Source of the DNA: Candidatus Zambryskibacteria bacterium CG10_big_fil_rev_8_21_14_0_10_42_12
GTDB lineage: Bacteria > Patescibacteriota > Minisyncoccia > Phycocordibacterales > 1-14-0-10-42-12
Reading direction: 5' to 3'
DNA: 58,851 nt
Assembly: GCA_002787695.1 (NCBI GenBank)
Contig: PCXL01000011.1
Span: 1 to 58,851, forward strand
In this document: positions 28,446 through 37,869 of the stretch, piece after piece
Position numbering within the stretch: position 1 is the stretch's first letter
Layout: each line of letters begins with the position of its first letter
Program-made: the position numbers and the translations under genes
Notes under the pieces: generated by a model
Database searches by the model: none
What the model saw: the letters and a program-made list of their open reading frames with translations, nothing else
Told to the model about the DNA's origin: nothing

Positions 28446-29267
28446 AATGATGTCTGCAAAATAACTTTCCACTTTTTTAAAATATGCGATACCGATAATC
28501 ATGATGACTATACAGACAGTAGAAGAGAGAAGTAAAAGAGCCCAATTGATTGGTGTGGTGTGTAGAAGTCCTGCACGAGCCGTCTGTACGACCCCCATCA
28601 TGGGGTTCAGTGCTAAAATCCAAGAATATTTCCCTGCGATACTTGCAGGGTAAATAACTGGTGTTACGAATAAAAGTAGTTGGATGAAAAAGGGGAGTGC
28701 GTAGCGTACATCACGATATTTTACATTGACTGCAGATAAGAATAAACCGGCTCCAACAGCGACGAAAAAAGTAATAAGAAGGAGCACTGGTAGGATAAGG
28801 ATTCCGGTAAGACTCGGAACATAGTGATAGTAGAACATCATGCCGACTAAAATAATACTTGCGAGTATAAAATCGACAAATTTCGTGATAACTGCCGAAA
28901 CCGGCAAAATCAAACGAGGAAAATAGACTTTGGTTACAATAGATTGATTGGCGATAAGTGCCATTGAAGTATCAGAGAGAGCTGATGAAAAGAACTGCCA
29001 AAAGAGGAGTCCTACATACACAAAAATAGGATATGGTACGCCGTCTGAAGGAATGCCTGCGAGTTTTCCAAAAAATATAGTAAAGATAACCATGGTGACA
29101 AAGGGTTGTAAGATCGCCCAAAGACCTCCGATAGCCGTTTGTTTATATCGCACTTTAATATCGCGCCACGATAAAAAATATAAGAGACCACGATAATCCC
29201 ACAGCTCTTTTATATCTCGTAAGCTAAATGTTTTCTTAGGGCGAATGACAGTAACATTCGTTCGCAT
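28443..29267 (-). CDS. wzm: Polysaccharide ABC transporter permease
   Basis: RDIKVRYKQTAIG..W, KVYFPR, KYRDV, TPVIYP, NPM.GVV. Confidence 0.94.
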   Translation of the reverse strand: MRTNVTVIRPKKTFSLRDIKELWDYRGLLYFLSWRDIKVRYKQTAIGGLWAILQPFVTMVIFTIFFGKLAGIPSDGVPYPIFVYVGLLFWQFFSSALSDTSMALIANQSIVTKVYFPRLILPVSAVITKFVDFILASIILVGMMFYYHYVPSLTGILILPVLLLITFFVAVGAGLFLSAVNVKYRDVRYALPFFIQLLLFVTPVIYPASIAGKYSWILALNPMMGVVQTARAGLLHTTPINWALLLLSSTVCIVIMIIGIAYFKKVESYFADII

Positions 29268-29349
29268 AGCGCCCACTATAGCAGAATTACGACTTTTTTT
29301 GAATGTCAGATATCTGTATTGTTACCTATATATATGTATACTAAAAGAC

Positions 29350-30444
29350 ATGAAAAAAGTATTTGTATCCGGTTGTTATGATGTGCTACATGCAGGACAT
29401 GTAACTTTTTTTCAAGCTGCAAAAGCATTAGGGGATCATTTAATTGTTTGTTTTGCAAATGATGAAGTTCTAAGACTCGCCAAAAACCGTAAACCTTCAA
29501 TGCGTCAGGATTATAAAAAAATTTTAATTTCGTCTCTTCAGGTTGTTGACCAAGTTGTATCAAGTTCAAATATTGATCCTGTTTTTGACTTTATTGACCA
29601 TCTTCATGCGCTGAAACCTGATGTATGGGTTGTGACTGATGATGATCAACACATAGAAAAAAAGGAACAAGTAAGTAAGGACTTTGGTATTGAATTTGTC
29701 GTTTTATCAAAAAGGGAAATTGGTATTGATGATATTTCAACCACAAAAATCTTGGCACATATAAAAAATGTGATTGAAGTTCCTTTGCGTGTCGACTTTG
29801 CAGGTGGGTGGCTTGATGTCCCGCGCCATGCTCAGGAAGGAACATATATAGTAAATTGCACGATAACGCCACACGTTTCTTTAAGTAATTGGCCATACAA
29901 GAAAGGCGCAGGTCTTGGTGGCTCCGCAGCGTACTCTTTGTTGCAAACAAAAAGTGGATTGGATACAGAATTAAAGATGGGGGTGGGATGGCAGGATCCA
30001 GCGGTTATTGAAGAAACCGGATTGTGTGTCTGGCGATCAGGAGCAGAGCCAGTATTAGATTTTAAGGTAAATCCTGACTGGCTCTCTGGTCTTATGATGA
30101 TTGTGTGGACTGGAACACATCATGTGACGCCGAATCTGGCTGATCTTCCGAGAGATTATGACAAAATTGCAGCTGCTGGAAATGTCGCACGAGACGCGGT
30201 CCTCTCAAAAGATGTGCGCAAATTATGTGAGGCAGTAAACCTTAGTTATAATGTGCAATGCGAAGAAGGAATGGATACACTCCCAGAAATTGTAGGAGCG
30301 CGCGCTAAAAAATATATGGGTGGTGGTCATGGTGGATACGCGCTCTATATATTTGATTCACTCCACAGCCGTATGGAGGCGTTAGAATCTACAAAGGATG
30401 CTATGGCGATAGAACCGTATATAAGAACAAGCACAAAAATTTGA
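29350..30444 (+). CDS. Cytidylyltransferase-family nucleotidyltransferase fused to a GHMP sugar kinase
   Basis: SGCYDVLHAGH (HxGH); then PLRVDFAGGWLD, GAGLGGSAA, GWQDP, GGGHGGY. Confidence 0.8.
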   Translation: MKKVFVSGCYDVLHAGHVTFFQAAKALGDHLIVCFANDEVLRLAKNRKPSMRQDYKKILISSLQVVDQVVSSSNIDPVFDFIDHLHALKPDVWVVTDDDQHIEKKEQVSKDFGIEFVVLSKREIGIDDISTTKILAHIKNVIEVPLRVDFAGGWLDVPRHAQEGTYIVNCTITPHVSLSNWPYKKGAGLGGSAAYSLLQTKSGLDTELKMGVGWQDPAVIEETGLCVWRSGAEPVLDFKVNPDWLSGLMMIVWTGTHHVTPNLADLPRDYDKIAAAGNVARDAVLSKDVRKLCEAVNLSYNVQCEEGMDTLPEIVGARAKKYMGGGHGGYALYIFDSLHSRMEALESTKDAMAIEPYIRTSTKI

Positions 30445-30448
30445 TGTT

Positions 30449-31102
30449 ATGACAAACACGTTAGAATCCATATATCGCGAACATCATCAACAGCGCAGAG
30501 GGTCTGGTTTTGCAATTTTGAAAGATGCTCGTGGCAATTTTATAAAATCTGCAATCGGGACAGGTAAACATGTTTTGGATATAGGTTGTCGCGATGGTGC
30601 GCTGACGAGCCTGTTTGTAGATGATAATGTGGTAACAGGTGTTGATATAGACAAAGTTGCATTAGATATGGCTGAACGAACGTATGGGATTAAGACAATA
30701 CAACTGAATCTGAACGACACGTGGCCTTTTGTTGAAAAAAGCTTTGATGCTGCTGTGGCTGCTGAAGTTTTAGAACATGTGTATTATCCAGACCAAATTG
30801 TTCAAAAAATAGCATACGTACTTAAGCCATCAGGCGTATTTGCAGGTTCAGTACCAAATGCATATAGTTTGATAAACCGTTTACGATATCTTAAGGGGCA
30901 AAAAAGACATACTCCTTTATCTGATCCTACACACATTAATCATTTTTCATATACAGAGTTGCGAGATATGCTGAGCAAGCATTTTAAAGAGGTGAAAATC
31001 GTGCCCTTGGGAAGATTTGCATTTCTCGATAAATTTATTCCAGGTTTTTTTGCATTTGATTTTATGTTTCAAGCATCTCATGTGCGTCACATTGCATCAT
31101 AA
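30449..31102 (+). CDS. Class I SAM-dependent methyltransferase
   Basis: VLDIGCRDG, GVDID, FDAAVAAEVLEH. Confidence 0.9.
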   Translation: MTNTLESIYREHHQQRRGSGFAILKDARGNFIKSAIGTGKHVLDIGCRDGALTSLFVDDNVVTGVDIDKVALDMAERTYGIKTIQLNLNDTWPFVEKSFDAAVAAEVLEHVYYPDQIVQKIAYVLKPSGVFAGSVPNAYSLINRLRYLKGQKRHTPLSDPTHINHFSYTELRDMLSKHFKEVKIVPLGRFAFLDKFIPGFFAFDFMFQASHVRHIAS

Positions 31103-31127
31103 AGTTCAAGTGCTATAGTTATCCTCG

Positions 31128-33284
31128 ATGAATAGCATGCTTAGATGGGTTGTTATAGGAGGACTGTTTTTGCTCCCGTTTTCTGTGCTTGTTGTAGCAG
31201 ACTCACTCTTCTTTCCATTTATTACCGGTAAAGCGTTTTTTTATAGAATTGTCGTAGAAATTATTTTTGGTGCCTGGATTTTGCTTGCACTCAAGCATAC
31301 TGACCTGCGTCCCTATAAACAAAAGATCTATTATGTACTGTTTGCACTCCTAGGATTGCTTTTTATCTCAAATATGTTGAGCGCATTTCCATACAAGGCA
31401 TTTTGGAGTAATTTTGAACGCATGGATGGATTTATCGCGCTTATCCATCATACAATGTTTTTTGTTGTTATAAGTAGTGTATTTACGACATACAAGTTGT
31501 GGCAGAAATTCTGGAACGTGTCGCTTGGAGTGTCAGTCATCGTGTGTTTCTACGGACTTTTGCAGAGACTCGGTGTTATGGAAGCTATACAAGGAGGCGG
31601 AGCGCGAGTAGATGGCACATTTGGTAATGCGGCATATCTGGCAGTCTACAATCTCTTCCATGTCTTTTTAGCAGCGTGGCTCTTGTATAAAAGTAGAAGT
31701 AAGGGAGCGCGTATTCTCTATGGTGTGATCGGTCTCTTTAACCTCATGAATCTTTATTGGACCGCGACCCGTGGCGTGTTTGTTGGTTTTGTTGCCGGCA
31801 TCTTTGTTTCGCTCGTCATTGTCTTAGTGAAGGACAAAGAACATAAAAGACTGCGACAGATTGCTGGTGGCGCCCTGCTTCTAGTTGCTCTGTTAGTTGG
31901 ATCAATTTTTGCACTAAAAAATACCGAGTTTGTTTCAACCAACCCTACACTTGCGCGTTTATCAACAATATCTCTTTCTGAAGGACAAACACGTTTTACA
32001 GTCTGGCAGATGGCCATTAAGGGGGTGGCTGAAAAACCAATTATTGGGTGGGGCCAAGAAGGATTTTCATCTGTATTTGCCAAGTATTATGAGCCGAGTA
32101 TGTATAACCAAGAGCCGTGGTTTGATCGCGCACACAATATTGTGATTGATTGGCTTATAGCTGGCGGTGTCATTGGTCTCTTGCTCTATCTTAGTCTGCT
32201 TGGTTTCGGCGTTCGTTATATATGGAAATCGGAATGGTTCGATACCTTCGAGAAGGCGCTCTTTACCGGTTTATATGTTGGATATTTTGTACAAAACATT
32301 TTTGTGTTTGATAATGTGGGAAGCTATTTGTTGTTTTTCGCAACCCTTGCGTTCTTTACGGTTGGTGCAAGAGGTGATTCAGAACCTTGGTTTGCAAACA
32401 AAACTATATCATCATCTACTATACGTCTAGCACAACCAGCATTGGTAGTTCTACTTATCCTCGTTGTATATACAGCAAACATTAAACCGCTTCGTGCTGG
32501 ACAAGAATTTATTACTGCATATATTCCAAACCAAACACCAGAGCATATTGTCGGGGCATTTGAACAGGCACTTTCGAAAGATACATTCGCCGATTATGAG
32601 ATTACAGAACAAATGATGGTGCAGGGACCCGATTTTTTGCGGAGTCAAAATATATCAGAAGAATTAAAGCAACGATATTTTGCAATCCTTCAAGATTCAC
32701 TGGTTGAGGTAGAAAAACGTAACACCCAAAATGCAAGATTCAACTATGCGGCCGGTGTGTTCTATAACAATATTGGCCAGTCTGATAAAGCACGAGAGTA
32801 TTTGCTCAAAGCGCATGAACTTTCTCCAACAAAACAAATTATTTCTTTTGAACTCGCGTTTGCATATATCAATACAGGTGAACCAGAGATAGGTATGACC
32901 TTACTGAAGGAAACATATGAATTGGCTCCTGAATTTGATGAAGCGCGAAAAATGTATGCGCTCGGAGCGATTTATACGAGCAACCGTATGCTTGAAAATG
33001 AATTACTTCAATCGTTACCAGAAGATGTGATTGCTACAGATCAACGTTTTGTTCAGGCGTATGCGAATACAGGGCGGATTAATGATGTGATTGCATTGTT
33101 GGAAACACGGTTGGCACATAATCGTACTAATATTCAAAATTTCGTTTCACTTGCGGCTGCATATGTGGAGTCGGGTGATCGAACGCAGGCAATTAATATC
33201 TTACAACAAGCGATAGATATTGAACCTGGTTTTAAAGAACAAGGAGAGCAATATATTGCTGATATCCAAGCCGGTCGTCTATAA
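31128..33284 (+). CDS. O-antigen ligase (Wzy_C) family membrane protein with C-terminal TPRs
   Basis: Multiple TM segments, GTFGNAAYLA, TATRG, KPIIGWG, AHNIVIDW; C-terminal TPR-like helices. Confidence 0.88.
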   Translation: MNSMLRWVVIGGLFLLPFSVLVVADSLFFPFITGKAFFYRIVVEIIFGAWILLALKHTDLRPYKQKIYYVLFALLGLLFISNMLSAFPYKAFWSNFERMDGFIALIHHTMFFVVISSVFTTYKLWQKFWNVSLGVSVIVCFYGLLQRLGVMEAIQGGGARVDGTFGNAAYLAVYNLFHVFLAAWLLYKSRSKGARILYGVIGLFNLMNLYWTATRGVFVGFVAGIFVSLVIVLVKDKEHKRLRQIAGGALLLVALLVGSIFALKNTEFVSTNPTLARLSTISLSEGQTRFTVWQMAIKGVAEKPIIGWGQEGFSSVFAKYYEPSMYNQEPWFDRAHNIVIDWLIAGGVIGLLLYLSLLGFGVRYIWKSEWFDTFEKALFTGLYVGYFVQNIFVFDNVGSYLLFFATLAFFTVGARGDSEPWFANKTISSSTIRLAQPALVVLLILVVYTANIKPLRAGQEFITAYIPNQTPEHIVGAFEQALSKDTFADYEITEQMMVQGPDFLRSQNISEELKQRYFAILQDSLVEVEKRNTQNARFNYAAGVFYNNIGQSDKAREYLLKAHELSPTKQIISFELAFAYINTGEPEIGMTLLKETYELAPEFDEARKMYALGAIYTSNRMLENELLQSLPEDVIATDQRFVQAYANTGRINDVIALLETRLAHNRTNIQNFVSLAAAYVESGDRTQAINILQQAIDIEPGFKEQGEQYIADIQAGRL

Positions 33285-33504
33285 ACAGAAACTCGCCGCG
33301 CACGTACGTTGCTATTATTGCACGTGTTTTTAAGTGCTTTATCGCAAAATCCGGCTGGAGTGGTAAACCCCTTTTCATTACTATCATCAGATGTGCAACA
33401 AAACACAATGGCAAAGTATGTGCACGGCTTGCAATTTTCTAAAGAATATGCAATAATAGGCTACGTGAGTGCAGACGTGCAATACTCTGTACAATCAAAT
33501 GTCT

Positions 33505-33536
33505 AAGTAAGGTCCCGCTCCGGCGGGATTTTACTT
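33505..33536 (+). terminator. Intrinsic terminator
   Basis: AAGTAAGGTCCCGC-TCCG-GCGGGATTTTACTT followed by T-tract. Confidence 0.6.
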
Positions 33537-33565
33537 TTGTATTTTTTTGGTTACCATAGAGATAG

Positions 33566-33687
33566 GATTCTTTTCAGACATGACTAACGGCTCGCACTCA
33601 CAAAAGACATTTGTATGGAGCTAGCCGCCGTTAGTCGTGTGTGAACGGAATCAAAAAAGTTGCAACATCTGTTGCAACTTTTTTGAT
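33566..33687 (+). ncRNA. Candidate rod-shaped small RNA or repeat element followed by an 18-bp inverted repeat
   Basis: Nested stems GATTC/GAATC, TTCA/TGAA, GACTAACGGC (33582-33591)/GCCGTTAGTC (33627-33636), ACAAA/TTTGT; IR 33650-33667/33670-33687; TACCAT just upstream. Confidence 0.35.
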
Positions 33688-33905
33688 GGAAAACATCAGT
33701 ATAGAAAATAGAATGATAAAATTTTTTGCAAAAATTTTTAATTTTATTTTTTTAAAATAAAAAAGTTATCCACAAAATTATTTTTATTTTCATTGTTACA
33801 AATTTTTTTTACGCGATAATTAACATAGGTCGAATATATAAAAAAGTTTTAAATTTTTTATACAGATCTCTTCATTACTAAAGTAATTTGTGCGTGTAAA
33901 TAAAT

Positions 33906-34073
33906 ATGCCAGTAAAAAAGCGAAAAGCTTCAACAAAGAAAAAGGCAGCTCCTAAGAAGAAAGCAGCAAAGAAGACAGCAAAGCGAAAGACAACAAAGAA
34001 AAAGGCAGCTCCTAAGAAGAAAGCAGCAAAGAAGACAGCAAAGCGAAAGACAACAAAGAAAAAGAAGCGATAG
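33906..34073 (+). CDS. Histone-H1-like Lys/Ala-rich basic protein, 55 aa (absent from ORF track)
   Basis: MPVKKRKAS-TKKKAAPKKKAAKKTAKRKT-TKKKAAPKKKAAKKTAKRKT-TKKKKR; 27 Lys, 4 Arg, no acidic residues; exact 60-bp tandem repeat 33931-34064; terminator follows. Confidence 0.85.
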   Translation: MPVKKRKASTKKKAAPKKKAAKKTAKRKTTKKKAAPKKKAAKKTAKRKTTKKKKR

Positions 34074-34077
34074 TCTT

Positions 34078-34112
34078 AAACAAAAATCCCACATAATGTG
34101 GGGTTTTTGTTT
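34078..34112 (+). terminator. Intrinsic terminator of the H1-like gene
   Basis: AAACAAAAATCCCACA-TAA-TGTGGGGTTTTTGTTT. Confidence 0.75.
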
Positions 34113-34162
34113 TATTTTAAAAATTAGAAAAAACCCTATTTTATGCTAAAATAAAGCGCCAT

Positions 34163-36652
34163 ATGGGTTTTTTAACTAATATTTTTAAGGGATCGGGGCT
34201 TAAACGCCACTTTAATATAGTTACTGAGATCAACAAACTCGAACCAGTGTTCGAAGCTTTTTCGGATGAACAAATAAAACAAAAAACTCAAGAACTTAAG
34301 CAGGCTATCCAAGACGGAAAGACGCCCGATGAAATGTTGCCACAAGCATTTGCTCTTGTGCGGGAAGCGTCAAAGCGAACACTTGGCTTGCGTCATTTTG
34401 ATGTGCAGCTGGTTGGAGGTATCGTACTTCACGAGCGCGGCATTGCTGAAATGAAAACTGGTGAAGGTAAAACACTTGTCGCAACATTGCCTGCCTATTT
34501 GAATGCATTGTCTGGAAAAGGCGTGCACATTGTAACGGTTAATGATTATCTTTCTCGTCGCGATGCAGTGTGGATGGGGCAGATTTATGATGCGCTTGGT
34601 CTTACGGTGAGTGTCATTAATCATATGGAGTCGTTTATGTACGATCCGACTCATGTAGAAAAGGATGAAGAGCGCGATGAGGAGGGTTCATACAAAGTGG
34701 TGCATGAATTTTTGCGACCCGTGAGTCGCGGTGATGCATACAAGGCAGATATTACGTACGGTACAAACCAAGAATTTGGATTTGATTATTTGAGAGATAA
34801 TCTTGAATACAATCCGGAACACATTCGTCAGAAATATCATCATTACGCAATCGTCGACGAAGTTGATTCTATTTTAATTGATGAGGCACGAACCCCTTTG
34901 ATTATTTCTGCGCCAACACGCAGATCAGAAGATCTATACGTTCAATTTGCAGAGATTGCGAGCAAGCTAAAAGAAGGTGAGCATTACGAAGTTGATGAAA
35001 AACATCGTGCTATCAAGCTGTCTGACAGTGGTATCAGTGCTGCAGAGAAAGCCCTTAATATGGAGAATATTTATTCTGAAGGAGGTATTAAATATGTTCA
35101 CCATCTGGAAACCGCTGTGAAAGCGCAGGCGTTATACAAAAATGATAGAGAGTATGTAGTTCGAGATGGAGAAGTTGTCATAGTTGATACATTTACCGGT
35201 AGATTGCAACCGGGTAGACGATGGTCAGAAGGTCTTCATCAGGCCATTGAAGCGAAGGAGGGTGTAGCGGTCAAGGAGGAATCGCGAACATACGCATCAA
35301 TAACATATCAAAACTATTTCCGTATGTATGACAAACTTGCCGGTATGACAGGTACAGCGCTTACATCAAAAGAGGAGTTCTTTAAGGTATACAAATTAGA
35401 TACGATTGAAATACCAACAAATAAACCGATTACGAGAATTGATAATGATGACTTTATCTTTCAGACAGAGCAAGGTAAATGGAAGGCGATTGCGCGTGAA
35501 GTTAAAGAGCGTAACAAAAAGGGTCAGCCGGTACTTATTGGAACCGTGTCGATTGAAAAGAATGAGTTACTTGCAGATTTTTTGAAGAAAGAGGGTGTAA
35601 AGCATGAAGTTTTAAATGCTAAAAACCATGAGAGAGAAGGAGAGATTGTGGCACTTGCAGGTAAACAAGGTGCGGTGACTATTGCAACCAACATGGCGGG
35701 TCGCGGTGTTGATATTAAGCTCGGCGGACCACAAGCAACAGCGGAAGAAGCGAATGCAGTGAAAGAGCTCGGTGGTTTGTTTGTTTTGGGAACTGAACGT
35801 CATGAGGCACGCAGAATTGATAACCAGCTTCGTGGTCGTTCGGGCCGACAAGGAGATCCTGGCGAGACACAGTTTTTTGTATCGCTCGAAGATTCGCTTA
35901 TGAGGATTTTTGCAGGAGATAGAGTGAAAGCGATGATGGGTCGGTTTAACATTCCTGAGGATGAGCCAATTCGAAATAAACTGATTACTCGTTCACTTGA
36001 AAGTGCGCAACAAAAAATAGAAGGATTTAATTTTGATGCGCGAAAACATGTGTTGCAGTTTGACGATATTTTGAATCATCAACGTCGGATAGTGTATGGG
36101 CGCAGGCGTACTATGCTTGAAGGAAGTGATGAGGATGTAACTACATATATCGACGGATTATTTGTAAATGAGACAGAAGAGAATAAACAAGCACTTGCAA
36201 AGCACAAAGAAGAACTTGGAGAACGATTTGTAGATGTGGCACGACGGGCAATTCTTGAAACCAACGATCTCTTTTGGGTCGATCATTTGGAAATGATGGA
36301 TTACTTGCGGTCCAGTGTAAATCTGCGCGCATATGGTGGAAGAGACCCTCTTGTGGAATATAAAAAGGAAGGATTGCGTTTGTTTAAGGCTATGGAAGAG
36401 TCTATTGAAGATCAGTTGCGCACAGTGTTGCCAAAGGTTGGCGCTGGTATATTGGCGCGTGAGGAGACAGAAATGGCAGAAGCGAGAAAACAGGCAGAAC
36501 GTATCCTTGCAGAATCACAGGGAAGCTCCATTAGTGAACCAAAGGTTGGACGCAATGAAAAAGTAATGGTTGAGAGAAATGGTGAGAAGAAGGAAATTAA
36601 ATTCAAAAAACTTGATGAGCATATAAGAGACGGTTGGGTGCGTATAGACTAA
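34163..36652 (+). CDS. secA: Preprotein translocase ATPase SecA
   Basis: RHFDVQL, MKTGEGKT, VTVNDYL, DEVDSILIDEARTPLIIS, GMTGTA, QLRGRSGRQGDPG. Confidence 0.98.
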   Translation: MGFLTNIFKGSGLKRHFNIVTEINKLEPVFEAFSDEQIKQKTQELKQAIQDGKTPDEMLPQAFALVREASKRTLGLRHFDVQLVGGIVLHERGIAEMKTGEGKTLVATLPAYLNALSGKGVHIVTVNDYLSRRDAVWMGQIYDALGLTVSVINHMESFMYDPTHVEKDEERDEEGSYKVVHEFLRPVSRGDAYKADITYGTNQEFGFDYLRDNLEYNPEHIRQKYHHYAIVDEVDSILIDEARTPLIISAPTRRSEDLYVQFAEIASKLKEGEHYEVDEKHRAIKLSDSGISAAEKALNMENIYSEGGIKYVHHLETAVKAQALYKNDREYVVRDGEVVIVDTFTGRLQPGRRWSEGLHQAIEAKEGVAVKEESRTYASITYQNYFRMYDKLAGMTGTALTSKEEFFKVYKLDTIEIPTNKPITRIDNDDFIFQTEQGKWKAIAREVKERNKKGQPVLIGTVSIEKNELLADFLKKEGVKHEVLNAKNHEREGEIVALAGKQGAVTIATNMAGRGVDIKLGGPQATAEEANAVKELGGLFVLGTERHEARRIDNQLRGRSGRQGDPGETQFFVSLEDSLMRIFAGDRVKAMMGRFNIPEDEPIRNKLITRSLESAQQKIEGFNFDARKHVLQFDDILNHQRRIVYGRRRTMLEGSDEDVTTYIDGLFVNETEENKQALAKHKEELGERFVDVARRAILETNDLFWVDHLEMMDYLRSSVNLRAYGGRDPLVEYKKEGLRLFKAMEESIEDQLRTVLPKVGAGILAREETEMAEARKQAERILAESQGSSISEPKVGRNEKVMVERNGEKKEIKFKKLDEHIRDGWVRID

Positions 36653-36659
36653 ACGATTC

Positions 36660-37316
36660 ATGTTGGAATCAATTCTTCACTTTCTTACAGAAACTGTCTT
36701 ACCTCTCGGCCCCTTCGGTGTTTTTGTAGCTTCTCTTATAGAAGAAATAATCGCGCCGATACCATCGGCACTCGTGATGCTCGGAAGCGGATTCTTATTT
36801 GTTGATGGCTCCGTTGCCTTGCAGAGTATTCTTAGACTTGTCACGCATGTTGCGATACCGGTGGCACTTGGCGTGGCTATCGGATCTTTAGTCGTATATT
36901 CAATCGCTCGATATGCTGGGACAGCACTGTTACTTAAATGGGGAACAATATTTGGCATATCTGAGTCAGACGTTGAAAAAGCGCATGCGTATTTTAAAGA
37001 CAGCAAAAGAGATGATGTTGCTGTGTTTGTAGCACGAGTGATTCCGGTGGTTCCGGCAGTAGTGATTGCAGTTGGTGCGGGACTTATTGAAATGCCTGTT
37101 GTGCGGTACCTCGTAATTTCTGTTTTAGGTACGTTTATCCGCGCTCTTATTTTGGGTGCGATAGGATGGCAAGTTGGTTCTGTATACACAGAATATGCGA
37201 TGGTAATAGCTAGGTGGGAGAAGGTTATATGGGTTATGATAGGTGCTATTCTTATATACGGAATTGTGCGTTTGTATCAGAGAAAACAAAAGAATCAATC
37301 ATATGGAAACATTTAA
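36660..37316 (+). CDS. DedA/VTT-domain membrane protein
   Basis: EEIIAPIPS, G...Y.IARY.G, ARVIPVV, G.FIRA. Confidence 0.88.
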   Translation: MLESILHFLTETVLPLGPFGVFVASLIEEIIAPIPSALVMLGSGFLFVDGSVALQSILRLVTHVAIPVALGVAIGSLVVYSIARYAGTALLLKWGTIFGISESDVEKAHAYFKDSKRDDVAVFVARVIPVVPAVVIAVGAGLIEMPVVRYLVISVLGTFIRALILGAIGWQVGSVYTEYAMVIARWEKVIWVMIGAILIYGIVRLYQRKQKNQSYGNI

Positions 37317-37815
37317 TATTGTCGCTAGTATAGGCACCATCCTTTTATGTATTGCTACTGCTGTAATTCTCTTGGGTCAAAAACAGACTGATATTAAGCG
37401 CATGATTTCAGAAAAAGGTTTACTTATTGCCTTCTGTATTGCGTTTATCACAACACTAGGGTCACTTGCGTATTCTACCCTATGGAACTTGCCACCATGT
37501 CCTCTCTGTTGGTATCAGCGCATCTTTATGTTTCCACTACCAATTTTATTGTTTGTTGCCCTGATATCTAGAGATGATCGTGTGTGGAAGTACGTCACCC
37601 CGTTAGCTCTTATTGGACTCATTATCAGTGCGTATCAATCACTGTTGCAGACTGGCATATTTGGACAGTCACTTTTTTGTGAACCGGGGAGCATTGAATC
37701 ATGTAGTATTCCAGAAATTCAAGTGTTCGGATTTGTCACGCTCCCCCTCATGGCTTTTGTTTCTTTTCTTTCGATCTCAGTGATTTCTTTTCTTTCACAG
37801 CGTAAAACAAAATAA
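37303..37815 (+). CDS. dsbB: Disulfide bond formation protein B (DsbB/BdbC-like)
   Basis: PCPLCWYQRIF plus second Cys pair C.PGS..SC; four TM segments. Confidence 0.9.
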   Translation: METFNIVASIGTILLCIATAVILLGQKQTDIKRMISEKGLLIAFCIAFITTLGSLAYSTLWNLPPCPLCWYQRIFMFPLPILLFVALISRDDRVWKYVTPLALIGLIISAYQSLLQTGIFGQSLFCEPGSIESCSIPEIQVFGFVTLPLMAFVSFLSISVISFLSQRKTK

Positions 37816-37869
37816 TTAGTTCACAGCTTTGAGATACATATTCATCTGTAGATTGCTACTATATAGGTA

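Noticed and set aside
33309-33506. 65-aa plus-strand ORF after the ligase gene
   Set aside because: TTG start, no motif or compositional support; cannot be supported as a gene.
33931-34064. 60-bp tandem repeat as a CRISPR or VNTR-only feature
   Set aside because: No spacers; it is in frame within the H1-like ORF.
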